Virus record (IMG/VR): IMGVR_UViG_3300032213_001813
Location: 32,001-96,000 of that record
Length of the DNA: 64,000 bases
DNA from: a virus
Strand: one strand, 5' to 3'
Part shown: positions 37,048-46,815 of the stretch, in pieces
How the letters are laid out: every line of letters begins with the position of its first letter
Numbering within the stretch: position 1 is the first letter of the stretch
Program-made: the position numbers and the translations under genes
Notes under the pieces: model-generated
Databases searched by the model: none
What the model was told of the DNA's origin: nothing
Seen by the model: only the letters and a program-made list of their open reading frames with translations

Positions 37048-38433
37048 ATGGCAAAAAAGAAAAAGATTTTATTACTATCCGATGACTTAAGAATGGCAAG
37101 TGGTATTGCTACAATGTCAAAAGAGTTAGTATTAGGAACGGTAGATAAATACGATTGGTTTCAGGTAGGAGCCGCAATCAATCACCCCGATGCTGGGAAA
37201 ATATTAGATGTAAGTGAAGATATTCGTAAAAACTATGGTGTAGCGGATGCCAATGTTAAGATTCTTCCTTGGAATGGTTATGGTAATGCGGATTTAATCC
37301 GTCAACTGATTAACACCGAACAACCCGATGCTATTCTACACTTTACTGACCCTCGTTATTGGACTTGGTTGTATGATATAGAGCATGAGATTAGACAGAA
37401 TGTTCCACTTTTATTCTACGCAATTTGGGATGATTTACCTGACCCATTATACAATCGTAACTTCTATGAAAGTTCAGATTGGATTGGTTGCATCTCTCGT
37501 CAAACTTATGGTATTATCAAACGTTTATCTGCATTAGATGATAAACCAACTTGGAAACCTAAAGCAGATTGGCAGGTAGGTTATGTACCACATGGTATTA
37601 ACTCAAACATTTACAAACCTGCGGATGTACCTGATGAGTTCCGTAATAAAATCTTAAAAGGTAAGGAGTACGATTTTGTATTATATTGGTCAAATCGTAA
37701 CATCAGAAGAAAACAACCAGCAGATGTAATCCATGCATTCAAAGTATTTTGTGATAAGATTGGTAAAGAGAAAGCTGAAAGGGTTTGTTTACTAATGCAT
37801 ACACAACCTGTGGATGAAAACGGAACTGATTTACCAGCAGTAGTTGATGCAATTGCACCTGAATACAACATTGTATTTTCAGATAGTAGATTATCGGTAG
37901 AAGAACTTAATCTTCTTTACAATATGGCAGATTGTACTATTAACATAGCAAACAACGAAGGATTCGGATTAGCAACTGCAGAATCGGTAGTAGCTGGAAC
38001 ACCAATCATTGTAAACGTAACTGGTGGATTGCAGGACCAATGTGGATTTAAATTAGATGGTAAATATCTAACGCATGAAGATTATATTAAGATTGGTTCA
38101 CTTCACCAATGGAGAGAGTGGGAAGGTAAGTTAGAGCATGGTGATTGGGCATATCCAATTTGGAGTAGAGCATTGGCATTAGCTGGTTCAGTACCAACTC
38201 CATACATTTGGGATGATAGAGTTGATAACTACGAAGTTGCGGAAGTAATTGAGAAAGTTTACAACACACCAAAACCTGAACGGAAAGCTGCCGGTTTAAG
38301 AGGTAGAGAAGAATTTTTAGGAAATATGGGATTATCTCATACAAATATGTGTGATACATTAGTAGAAGGTATAGAAACTACATTCGAAAATTGGAAACCA
38401 AGAGAAAGATTTGAAGTATTTAAAATTAAATAA
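37048..38433 (+). CDS. GT4-like (GT-B) glycosyltransferase
   Basis: SDDLRMASGIA, NRNIRRKQ, NNEGFGLATAESVVAGTPII. Confidence 0.9.
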   Translation: MAKKKKILLLSDDLRMASGIATMSKELVLGTVDKYDWFQVGAAINHPDAGKILDVSEDIRKNYGVADANVKILPWNGYGNADLIRQLINTEQPDAILHFTDPRYWTWLYDIEHEIRQNVPLLFYAIWDDLPDPLYNRNFYESSDWIGCISRQTYGIIKRLSALDDKPTWKPKADWQVGYVPHGINSNIYKPADVPDEFRNKILKGKEYDFVLYWSNRNIRRKQPADVIHAFKVFCDKIGKEKAERVCLLMHTQPVDENGTDLPAVVDAIAPEYNIVFSDSRLSVEELNLLYNMADCTINIANNEGFGLATAESVVAGTPIIVNVTGGLQDQCGFKLDGKYLTHEDYIKIGSLHQWREWEGKLEHGDWAYPIWSRALALAGSVPTPYIWDDRVDNYEVAEVIEKVYNTPKPERKAAGLRGREEFLGNMGLSHTNMCDTLVEGIETTFENWKPRERFEVFKIK

Positions 38434-38436
38434 GTT

Positions 38437-39729
38437 ATGAACAAACCTACATTAGTATTTCAAGGACCTATATTCACTCGTAGTGGATATGGTGACCATT
38501 GTAGAGATTTAATGAAATCCCTACGAAAAATGGATAAATACGATATTAAAATTATACCTTTAAGATGGGGAAGTACTCCACAAAACCAAGTAGACCCATC
38601 AACTGAATTTGGAAAATGGATGTTAGAAAGAGTCATTGGTGAAATTGGTGATAAACCCGATGTATTCTTCCAAGTTTCAGTAGCAAATGAGTTTGAACCA
38701 AAGGGGCACTATAACATTGGTGTAACTGCTGGTGTTGAAACTACAATAGCACCAAAAGATTTTATCGATGGTATGAATAAGATGGATTTAATATTAGTTC
38801 CATCGGAGTTTACAAAGCAAGTTATGGCTGGTACTGTTTATCAGCATCAAGACCAAGCTTCTGGGCAGGTTGTTGGAGAGACTAGATTAACTAAACCTTG
38901 TGAAGTCCTTTTTGAAGGAGTTGATGTTGATGTGTTTTTAAATCCATTTGGTAAAGATGTATTGGCAAATGTAAAAGAGGATTTCAACTTCTTAATTGTA
39001 GGACATTGGTTAAAAGGAGATTTGGGACAGGATAGAAAAGATATTGGTATGGCAATTAAAACATTTGCTACCGTATTCCAATATCTACCAAAGGAGAAAC
39101 GACCAGGTCTTATTGTTAAAACATCGCACGCTGGGTTTAGTGTAATTGATAGAGAAGTAACTAGAGAAAAATTAGAAGCTGTATTAAAACCATTAGGAGA
39201 TAAGTGTCCATCTGTGTATCTATTACATGGAGATATGGAAGAAAGTGATATGGCTAATCTATACCATCATCCTAAAGTTAAAGCAATGATTTCATTTGCA
39301 AAAGGTGAAGGATATGGTAGACCTATGGCTGAATTTACTTTGACAGGAAAACCAATTATAGCAAGTGGTTGGAGTGGACAGGTAGATTTTTTACCAAAAG
39401 ATAATGCAGTTCTATTGGAAGGTTCTCTAACACAGGTACATGAATCAGCAGCTGACCAATTTTGTATGAAAGAATCACAATGGTTTAGTGTAAATTATAG
39501 TTTGGCTGCAAATAAAATATATGATGTATTTAACAAATATGATATTTATATAGAGAAATCCAAAGGGTTAAAAGATAATACTCTTAAAAACTTTACATTG
39601 GATAAAATGCATGAGAAGTTTACTCAAATTATGGATGGTAATGTGAAAGCAGCTCCAAAGGTTGTACCATTTAATCTTCCAAAATTAAACAAATCACCAA
39701 TGCAGATACCAAAATTAAATAAAGTGTAA
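38437..39729 (+). CDS. GT4-like (GT-B) glycosyltransferase
   Basis: TRSGYG, GVETT, RKDIG, KGEGYGRPMAEFTLTGKPIIASGWSG. Confidence 0.9.
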   Translation: MNKPTLVFQGPIFTRSGYGDHCRDLMKSLRKMDKYDIKIIPLRWGSTPQNQVDPSTEFGKWMLERVIGEIGDKPDVFFQVSVANEFEPKGHYNIGVTAGVETTIAPKDFIDGMNKMDLILVPSEFTKQVMAGTVYQHQDQASGQVVGETRLTKPCEVLFEGVDVDVFLNPFGKDVLANVKEDFNFLIVGHWLKGDLGQDRKDIGMAIKTFATVFQYLPKEKRPGLIVKTSHAGFSVIDREVTREKLEAVLKPLGDKCPSVYLLHGDMEESDMANLYHHPKVKAMISFAKGEGYGRPMAEFTLTGKPIIASGWSGQVDFLPKDNAVLLEGSLTQVHESAADQFCMKESQWFSVNYSLAANKIYDVFNKYDIYIEKSKGLKDNTLKNFTLDKMHEKFTQIMDGNVKAAPKVVPFNLPKLNKSPMQIPKLNKV

Positions 39730-39730
39730 A

Positions 39731-40249
39731 ATGTCATATTCAAGACAGTATTTAAAATTTGTTGAAAGTGAATACAAAGTAGGTAAGGGAATGGTAAAAC
39801 CAAGAAATATCTATAAAATACAGTCTTACGAATATGCGGATGGTAGTACAAAAACACTAACAGGTCCAAATTCAAATTATATTTTTGTATTTGGTATTTT
39901 TAATAAAAAATTATTGGGAATAAAATTTACGGAAGTATCCCCTGATAGATTTAAAGTTTGGTTTAAGACTTTATTTAGAGGCGGCTTAACGGAAAGTGAT
40001 ATTGATAATGCTAAAGAGTTATCGGAATTAATTAAAAAAAGTGGACGAGATGGTAGTGAAATGTTCAGTTCTCATATAAAAGGAAAACCTATATATGAGG
40101 GAAAGATTGAAACTTATAGAACATATAATATTGAAAGTATAAAACAAATTAAAATTGTTAATCTTAATAAAGATTACATTAAATTAATAAATAATATAAC
40201 ACCAACTCCGTTGTCTGATAAACCCAACGAAGATACTAATACTAAATAA
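39731..40249 (+). CDS. Hypothetical protein
   Basis: 172-aa coupled ORF. Confidence 0.65.
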   Translation: MSYSRQYLKFVESEYKVGKGMVKPRNIYKIQSYEYADGSTKTLTGPNSNYIFVFGIFNKKLLGIKFTEVSPDRFKVWFKTLFRGGLTESDIDNAKELSELIKKSGRDGSEMFSSHIKGKPIYEGKIETYRTYNIESIKQIKIVNLNKDYIKLINNITPTPLSDKPNEDTNTK

Positions 40250-40271
40250 TTACTAATTTAAGGTTTGTTTA

Positions 40272-40279
40272 TATTTATC
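40272..40279 (+). promoter_or_regulatory. Putative late motif before the repeat protein
   Basis: TTTATATTTATC context in the 40250-40311 gap. Confidence 0.45.
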
Positions 40280-40311
40280 TATATAAGAATTGATTTTTAT
40301 AGAATAACGAT

Positions 40312-41316
40312 ATGGCATTAGTTAAAAGATTAGAAAAAGGAGCTCCATTGACCGCTTTGGAAATGGATGATAACCTAGATTATTTATATGGATTAATAGG
40401 TGTTGGTACATCTGGTACTGGTGGTACATCTGGTACAACCGGTTCATCTGGTACAACCGGTAGTTCTGGAAAAGATGGTACTTCTGGTACATCCGGAACA
40501 AGCGGAACAAACGGAACTGCTGGAAGTGGTGGAACAAACGGAACTGCTGGGAGTGGTGGTACTTCTGGAACATCTGGAACATCTGGTGCAAACGGAATTA
40601 ATGGTACTAACTTTGGAACTGCTGGTACATCTGGGACGAGTGGTAGTAGTGGAACATCTGCGGTAGGTTCATCTGGTTCAGCAGGAACATCTGGTACTTC
40701 TGGGACATCTGGTTCATCGGGTTCATCTGGTGTATCTGGATTTAATGGATTACCCGGTTCGTCTGGTTCGTCCGGTTTAACTGGAACATCTGGTACATCT
40801 GGTGTAAATGGTGGAAGTGGCTCAAATGGCACATCTGGTACATCTGGTTTAAACGGAACATCTGGAAAGGATGGGAGTGGTACTTCTGGTTCGTCTGGTA
40901 TAAGTGGTACATCTGGGAATGGTACTAATGGAACAGCTGGTACGTCTGGTACATCTGGATTAAGTGGAACAAATGGTGTAGCCGCAGTAGCTTCAACAAG
41001 TGGTACTTCTGGTACATCTGGTATAGCCGTTGCCGGTTCAGCTGGTTCAAGTGGAGTATCTGGAACTTCTGGTTCATCTGGTAGTTCGGTTACAATAGCC
41101 GGTTCTCCAACAAATGATGGTATTGCAACTTATGATTCAACTGCAGGTACTATTTTAATTGAAAGCGGATTTTTATTTACCGATAGTGTACTTCAAATGC
41201 CAATAAGAACATCCAATCCAGCAATACCTGTAAATGGTATGATTATGGTATCTGGTAGTGGTGCTACTGCAAAACCATATTATTATAATGGTAGTGTATG
41301 GAACGCATTCTACTAA
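40312..41316 (+). CDS. Gly-Ser/Thr triplet-repeat fibre-like (probable virion) protein
   Basis: N-terminus RLEKGAPLTALEMDDNLDYL resembles phage fibre anchor motifs; about 228 aa of G-X-X triplets (GTS, GSS, GTN); small globular C-terminus ending YYYNGSVWNAFY. Confidence 0.75.
   Translation: MALVKRLEKGAPLTALEMDDNLDYLYGLIGVGTSGTGGTSGTTGSSGTTGSSGKDGTSGTSGTSGTNGTAGSGGTNGTAGSGGTSGTSGTSGANGINGTNFGTAGTSGTSGSSGTSAVGSSGSAGTSGTSGTSGSSGSSGVSGFNGLPGSSGSSGLTGTSGTSGVNGGSGSNGTSGTSGLNGTSGKDGSGTSGSSGISGTSGNGTNGTAGTSGTSGLSGTNGVAAVASTSGTSGTSGIAVAGSAGSSGVSGTSGSSGSSVTIAGSPTNDGIATYDSTAGTILIESGFLFTDSVLQMPIRTSNPAIPVNGMIMVSGSGATAKPYYYNGSVWNAFY
40405..41088 (+). repeat. Degenerate 9-bp (Gly-Thr/Ser-Ser) coding repeat
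   Basis: ggtacatct / ggttcatct / ggaacatct units with occasional register breaks. Confidence 0.9.
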
Positions 41317-41337
41317 AATAAAATAAATAAAAATAAG

Positions 41338-41371
41338 ATGGGTAATTTTGAAAAAAGTTACCCATTTTTTT
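41338..41371 (+). terminator. Intrinsic terminator
   Basis: ATGGGTAATTTT-GAAA-AAAGTTACCCAT 12-bp stem followed by a T-tract. Confidence 0.85.
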
Positions 41372-41392
41372 ATGTTTTATTTAAAAACTTTA

Positions 41393-41458
41393 TATTTATA
41401 TATACATATATAAAGAACGAAATATGTTTGGATAATTAAAAAATTATTCGTATCTTTG
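41393..41458 (+). promoter_or_regulatory. Tandem late motif and Bacteroidota-type promoter heading the glycan operon
   Basis: TATTTATA 41393-41400; TTTG 41427-41430, N20, TATCTTTG 41451-41458. Confidence 0.75.
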
Positions 41459-41476
41459 TAAAATATAAAATAAGTT

Positions 41477-42109
41477 ATGATAAATATTACCTATGCGGTT
41501 ACGGTTTGTAATGAGTTGGAAGAAATTACAAAACTAATAAATTTCCTACATCCAAGAATCAAATCAGAGGATGAAATATTAATACAATATGATTCGGATT
41601 CAACTACTGATGCTGTAAAACAATATCTACTGATTATATCTCAATTACACAACACAAATATTAGGGTTATATCATACCCACTTAACAACGATTTTGCTGC
41701 ATTCAAAAATAACTTAAAGGATAATGCAAATGGAATATTCATTTTTCAAATTGATGCAGATGAAATTCCATCCGAATATTTGGTAGAAAACCTTTCGGAT
41801 TTCATAGAATACAATAAAGATGTAGACCTTTTCTTTGTTCCTCGTATTAATACTGTTAGTGGATTAACACCAACGCATGTTAAGAAATGGGGATGGAATG
41901 TATCTCAAAATGGTTGGGTAAATTTTCCTGACTATCAAACTAGAATATATCGTAGAACATCTGAAATTGAATGGGTTGGTAACGTACATGAAAGAATAGT
42001 TGGTTATAATACACTTTCAGTATTACCCGCTGAAGAGGATTATTGTCTATATCATCCTAAACAAATCGAAAGACAGGAAAGACAAAACGCATATTACGAT
42101 ACACTATGA
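41477..42109 (+). CDS. GT2-family glycosyltransferase
   Basis: ITYAVTVCNE, IFQIDADE (DxD), FPDYQTRIY, VHE. Confidence 0.88.
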   Translation: MINITYAVTVCNELEEITKLINFLHPRIKSEDEILIQYDSDSTTDAVKQYLLIISQLHNTNIRVISYPLNNDFAAFKNNLKDNANGIFIFQIDADEIPSEYLVENLSDFIEYNKDVDLFFVPRINTVSGLTPTHVKKWGWNVSQNGWVNFPDYQTRIYRRTSEIEWVGNVHERIVGYNTLSVLPAEEDYCLYHPKQIERQERQNAYYDTL

Positions 42110-43086
42110 GAATAGCATTCTTAACTGAAATGGGATTTGTTGGTAAAATTCCAGCCAATCACCCAAATATGAGAACGGAGTTTGCTTGGATGCATGCGTT
42201 AGATGCTGACCACTATAACATTAGAAATATTGAAAATGTTAGGGATTATGAGCATGTGTTTGTTATATTCCCAAAAGGTAAATTATTTTTAAGTGCAGAG
42301 GGTAGTACGATACAAAATGGAGTAAACCCAATTTCAGATTTATTACAATTTCCGTTAATACAAACTCTAAAACAAAACAACTCAAAGGTACATTATGTGC
42401 AAGAAGGACCTCATTGGTGGTGGAATGATTATGAAATTTCAGACCAAATTGGATTCTATAATATGTTATCCGAATGTGATAGTATATTTGCCCATAACGA
42501 ATCCGATGTTCCCTATTATAAGGGGTTATTTCCTACCAAAGAAGTACAAAGTATCTATTCACTAATGATAGATGATTACGTCAAAGATATAGTACCAACT
42601 AAAGAGGATAAAGTAATCATTGGAGGTAACTTTGCAAGATGGTATGGTGGGTTTGAAAGTTATATGGTAGCTCAAAAGTTTGATGTACCAATTTGGGTGC
42701 AAGATTCGCATGCTAAAAGAGAGAACGAAGAGTATATGGATGGATTAAATCATCTACCAAGACTTATATGGAATGATTGGATGAGGGAATTATCAACTTA
42801 CAAATATGCAGTACATCTAATGCCAACGGTAGCAGCTGGTACATTCTCACTTAATTGTGCATACTTTGGAATTCCTTGTATTGGTAACATAGAAGTTGAT
42901 ACCCAACGATTATGTCATTCAGTACTATCGATTGATGTTAAGAATATAGATAAGGCTAAATCAATGGCTGGTTTATTGGCAAAAGATAAAGATTTTTATA
43001 ATAGTTGTAGTAGTTTGGCAAAAAGAAACTATGAAGAAAACTATTCATTAAAAGTTTGGACAGAAAGAATAAAAAAACACTTATGA
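42106..43086 (+). CDS. GT-B glycosyltransferase-like protein
   Basis: YAVHLMPTVAAGTFSLNCAYFGIPCIG resembles the GT-B nucleotide-binding region; sits among glycosyltransferase genes. Confidence 0.65.
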   Translation: MRIAFLTEMGFVGKIPANHPNMRTEFAWMHALDADHYNIRNIENVRDYEHVFVIFPKGKLFLSAEGSTIQNGVNPISDLLQFPLIQTLKQNNSKVHYVQEGPHWWWNDYEISDQIGFYNMLSECDSIFAHNESDVPYYKGLFPTKEVQSIYSLMIDDYVKDIVPTKEDKVIIGGNFARWYGGFESYMVAQKFDVPIWVQDSHAKRENEEYMDGLNHLPRLIWNDWMRELSTYKYAVHLMPTVAAGTFSLNCAYFGIPCIGNIEVDTQRLCHSVLSIDVKNIDKAKSMAGLLAKDKDFYNSCSSLAKRNYEENYSLKVWTERIKKHL

Positions 43087-43853
43087 TAACAGTTATATTA
43101 AATGGTTACAAAAGAGGGGAGAATCTAAATGAACAAATGGAAGCTCTCAAAAATCAAACACTACCACCCGATGAGATATTAGTATGGTATAACAATCCCG
43201 GTGATAATGATTTGATTAACTACGATATCGGTACGGAAGTTCCTGTTGCCTATTGTAATTACAACTTTGGAGTTTGGGCAAGATTTGGTTTTGCTATAAA
43301 TGCAAGAAATCCTTATGTATGTGTGTTTGATGATGATACCATTCCCGGTAAAAAATGGTTGGAGAATTGTATGAACACAATGAAAGAAGAGGAAGGATTG
43401 ATGGGAACTGTTGGATTATTATATCCAAATCCATTACCACCCGAACATTCATCTTACTACGAACACTACTTACGTTTTGGTTGGCCTGATTTGGGTAACA
43501 ATGATAAGAAAGTAGAAGTTGATTTAGTGGGGCATAGTTGGTTCTTTAAGAAAGAGTGGTTATCTCATTTCTTCAGAGAGTTACCTGACCCAAAATATAA
43601 TACTTGTGGTGAGGATATGCACTTTTCTTATATGCTACAAAAGTATGCTGGTATTAAAACATTTGTACCACCACACCCTCGTTCAGATATAGAATTATGG
43701 GGTAGCACTAAAGGTCCAACTTATGGGGGTGATGCTAACTCATTGTGGGAATCAAATCAAAGAAGTATAGATGGAATACCATTCAAAGAATTAATGAATG
43801 AGTATTTTCACAATCAACGTAAAAAAGGCTGGAAATTAGTAAATGAAAAATAA
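43083..43853 (+). CDS. GT-A (GT2-like) glycosyltransferase
   Basis: ITVILNGYKR, CVFDDDTIPG, VDLVGHSW, GED; start set at the ATGA overlap (43083). Confidence 0.8.
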   Translation: MITVILNGYKRGENLNEQMEALKNQTLPPDEILVWYNNPGDNDLINYDIGTEVPVAYCNYNFGVWARFGFAINARNPYVCVFDDDTIPGKKWLENCMNTMKEEEGLMGTVGLLYPNPLPPEHSSYYEHYLRFGWPDLGNNDKKVEVDLVGHSWFFKKEWLSHFFRELPDPKYNTCGEDMHFSYMLQKYAGIKTFVPPHPRSDIELWGSTKGPTYGGDANSLWESNQRSIDGIPFKELMNEYFHNQRKKGWKLVNEK

Positions 43854-44841
43854 ACCAATTTTAATATGTTTTGGTACTAGACCCGAATGGTTAAAAGTAA
43901 AACCACTAATTGATTTGATGCATAAAAACGAATATCGTTTATTATTTACAGGTCAACATATGGACTTACTTAAAGATGTACAAGTAGATTATCGAATAAA
44001 GATATCCGATAATTCAAATCGTTTAGATAGTGTAGTAAGTGATTGCTTATTACAATTTCCAAACGGAGATTTTAAAGGTGTTTTGGTGCAAGGTGATACT
44101 GCATCTGCTTTTGCGTGTGCATTGGCAGCATTTAATAGAGAACTCAAAATTTATTATATGGAAGCTGGATTGCGAAGCCACAACTTAAAACACCCATATC
44201 CTGAAGAAGCATATCGTCAAATGATTGCACGGATTTCCGATGTAAACTTTGCACCAACCAAACGTTCAGAAATGAATCTAAGAGATGAAAGTGTGAATGG
44301 TGCAATTTATGTGACAGGAAATACGGTATTGGATAACTTAACTAAATATGAAGCACCAACATATGGTAAGAAGATATTAGTTACATTACATCGTAGAGAG
44401 AATCATCACATAATGAAGGAGTGGTTTGAAGAGATTGATAAGTTAGCAACTGAATATTCAGATTACGAATTTATCTTACCAATACATCCAAATCCAAATG
44501 TACAAAAGCACAAAAACTTACTTAAAAATGTAAGTGTAGTTGAACCATTATCGCATGATGAAACTATGAAAATATTAAGAGAGTGTAGTTTGGTAATAAG
44601 TGATAGTGGTGGGTTACAAGAGGAAGGTACATTCTTTAATAAAAAGGTTATTGTATGTAGATTAACTACCGAAAGACCGGAAGGAATTGAAACAGGTCAC
44701 TTACATTTATGTGCCGAACCAAATAAATTAGAGGTTTTATTTGGAAATTTGATAAAAAAACCTTATCTTTACACAACCTGTCCCTATGGTGATGGTAAAG
44801 CTGCACAAAAAATTAAAAAAATATTAGATGAAGAACTTTAG
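43843..44841 (+). CDS. wecB: UDP-N-acetylglucosamine 2-epimerase (non-hydrolysing type)
   Basis: FGTRPE, TGQH, VQGDT, EAGLRS, TLHRRE, SDSGGLQEE, TERPE, YGDG. Confidence 0.95.
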   Translation: MKNKPILICFGTRPEWLKVKPLIDLMHKNEYRLLFTGQHMDLLKDVQVDYRIKISDNSNRLDSVVSDCLLQFPNGDFKGVLVQGDTASAFACALAAFNRELKIYYMEAGLRSHNLKHPYPEEAYRQMIARISDVNFAPTKRSEMNLRDESVNGAIYVTGNTVLDNLTKYEAPTYGKKILVTLHRRENHHIMKEWFEEIDKLATEYSDYEFILPIHPNPNVQKHKNLLKNVSVVEPLSHDETMKILRECSLVISDSGGLQEEGTFFNKKVIVCRLTTERPEGIETGHLHLCAEPNKLEVLFGNLIKKPYLYTTCPYGDGKAAQKIKKILDEEL

Positions 44842-45604
44842 AGAGCATTTTTCCAAATTCACCGAAATGATAAGAAACGATGAGCATTTTGCTTTCGCTA
44901 GATATTCGGATGGTGAATTATATATTTTACAAAATAAAGAGCTGGTATTAGACTCAAATCTAATTCAGATTGGAGACCAAAAGCAAGGTGGAGTTTATCA
45001 AGCTCCTGATTTCAAACACTATGACCCAAAAGAACATGGATTCTATCAACAAAAGTTAGTAGAAGCATATCAGTATAGACAACCAAATTACTACAAAGGT
45101 ATTAGTTGTAGTTGTTGCGTTGGTAAAGAAGCATTTGATTGGCAGATTGATTTACATGGTGGAGATGATGAGAGTTTAAGTTGGGCAAATCTATGGGTAA
45201 ACGGAAACTATCCTCAATTTATATTTCAGACCCTACCTATTTTTTATAGTAAGAATGTGGTAATGGTATGTAATGAAAATGCTAACTTAGATAAACTACC
45301 ATTTGTTATAAAAGATTTCAGAGTTGGGTATAACGCAATGATTAACGATTATGGCAAGATTGAAGACATCAAAAGCTGGATAAGAGATAATAACATAAAA
45401 AACCACCTATTCTTATTTTCAGCTTCAACATTCTCAAATTTGGCAATCTATGAATTGTTCAAAGAATTTCCTGAAAACTCTTATGTTGATATTGGAACTT
45501 GTTTGACACCAATGATGGATATGCCAACTGAAAGAGGTTACTTACAAGCATTTTGGAATTATAGAGGTGGGCAGGATATTCAAAAAGTATGTGTATGGAA
45601 TTAG
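44828..45604 (+). CDS. GT-D fold (DUF1792-like) glycosyltransferase
   Basis: FARYSDGE (DxE motif) and C-terminal LFLFSASTFSNLAIYEL...YVDIGT parallel the DUF1792 pattern. Confidence 0.6.
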   Translation: MKNFREHFSKFTEMIRNDEHFAFARYSDGELYILQNKELVLDSNLIQIGDQKQGGVYQAPDFKHYDPKEHGFYQQKLVEAYQYRQPNYYKGISCSCCVGKEAFDWQIDLHGGDDESLSWANLWVNGNYPQFIFQTLPIFYSKNVVMVCNENANLDKLPFVIKDFRVGYNAMINDYGKIEDIKSWIRDNNIKNHLFLFSASTFSNLAIYELFKEFPENSYVDIGTCLTPMMDMPTERGYLQAFWNYRGGQDIQKVCVWN

Positions 45605-45975
45605 TAGATTGTACAAAAAAGTATTGGGAGTTTGTTAGAAATCTCCGTAATGATGAAAGAGTTAAGGATGGTTTTATTAAATCAACTTACATCACCGAAG
45701 ATATGCAGGAAGCGTATATGACTGTTCACTACAAATATTATAGAATCGCATTGATTGATAATGCACCTGTTGGATATATTGGTGTGATTGATGATGATAT
45801 TCGTATATGTGTACATCCTGCGTTCCAAAAAAGAGGAGTTGGAAAGTTTATGATTGAGGAAGGTATGAAAATATGGCCTAATGCGGAGGGCAAAGTTAAG
45901 TTAGGTAATGAAGCAAGTATGAATCTTTTTAAATCTTGTGGATTCAAAGAAGCATATGTAATATTCAAAAAATGA
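45595..45975 (+). CDS. GNAT N-acetyltransferase (sugar N-acetylase-like)
   Basis: FVRNLRND, VGYIG, VHPAFQKRGVG, NEASMNLFKSCGF. Confidence 0.85.
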   Translation: MELVDCTKKYWEFVRNLRNDERVKDGFIKSTYITEDMQEAYMTVHYKYYRIALIDNAPVGYIGVIDDDIRICVHPAFQKRGVGKFMIEEGMKIWPNAEGKVKLGNEASMNLFKSCGFKEAYVIFKK

Positions 45976-46187
45976 TGACAAACTTAAAGAGTTCAATTAC
46001 AAAAAAAGGAAAATATGTTTCTCAAATACTACACTTTGTGGGAGGTGAGAAACGGACATTCAATAACGTAGATACAGAATCCATTAAGCAAGGACAGTTT
46101 ACTAAATTTGAAACAAAGGATGGTAGATTGGTAATGGTAAATGATAAAAATATACTTTGCATTGAAATAATTAAAGAAGAAGAATAA
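45972..46187 (+). CDS. Small hypothetical protein
   Basis: About 71 aa from the ATGA-overlap start. Confidence 0.55.
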   Translation: MMTNLKSSITKKGKYVSQILHFVGGEKRTFNNVDTESIKQGQFTKFETKDGRLVMVNDKNILCIEIIKEEE

Positions 46188-46188
46188 T

Positions 46189-46815
46189 ATGTTACACAAT
46201 CCATATAAAGTAGTAAGAATGTTTGAGGAGGAAATAGCTGCATATACCGGCGCTCCTTACGCTATTTCAATTGATAGTTGTACTAATGCATTGTTTCTAA
46301 TGTGTAAGTACAATGAAGTTAAAGAAGTAACCATCCCATCCAAAACGTATCTATCAGTACCACAATCAATTATACACGCTGGTGGTGAAGTTATCTTTGA
46401 TAAGAGACCTGAAACGAATCATTGGGTAGGTGCATACCAATTAAAACCATATCCAATTTGGGATGCGGCTAAGAGATTAACAAAGGATATGTACATGCCC
46501 GGAACATTTATGGGATTATCATTTCACATCAAAAAGATTCTTCCAATTTGGAAAGGTGGTATGATTCTAACTGATAACGCTGACGCAGCTGATTGGTTTA
46601 AGAAAGCTCGTTACGAAGGTAGAAGTGAAAAATATTACAAAGAAGATGATATCACATTCAATGGTTGGAATATGTATATGACTCCACAACAGGCAGCACA
46701 TGGATTGGCAATGTTTCAAAACCTACCACTACATAATTCGGACCAGGGTGAATTAAATGGTTATAGAGATTTAACCGAATTTACTGTATTCAAAAATAAT
46801 AAAGTTATAGAATAA
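46189..46815 (+). CDS. Shortened DegT/DnrJ/EryC1/StrS PLP aminotransferase
   Basis: FEEEIAAYTG, SCTNAL, WDAA, SFHIKKILPIWKGGMI (PLP Lys region), GWNMYM; only 208 aa. Confidence 0.8.
   Translation: MLHNPYKVVRMFEEEIAAYTGAPYAISIDSCTNALFLMCKYNEVKEVTIPSKTYLSVPQSIIHAGGEVIFDKRPETNHWVGAYQLKPYPIWDAAKRLTKDMYMPGTFMGLSFHIKKILPIWKGGMILTDNADAADWFKKARYEGRSEKYYKEDDITFNGWNMYMTPQQAAHGLAMFQNLPLHNSDQGELNGYRDLTEFTVFKNNKVIE

Noticed and set aside
40322-40832. Antisense and alternate-frame repeat ORFs (PDVPDVP..., MFQMFQ...)
   Set aside because: These are shadows of the Gly-Thr-Ser coding repeat, which lacks stops in other frames.
40405-41088. CRISPR array or mobile-element repeat
   Set aside because: The repeats are degenerate 9-bp in-frame codon units with no unique spacers; I found no CRISPR array anywhere in the window.
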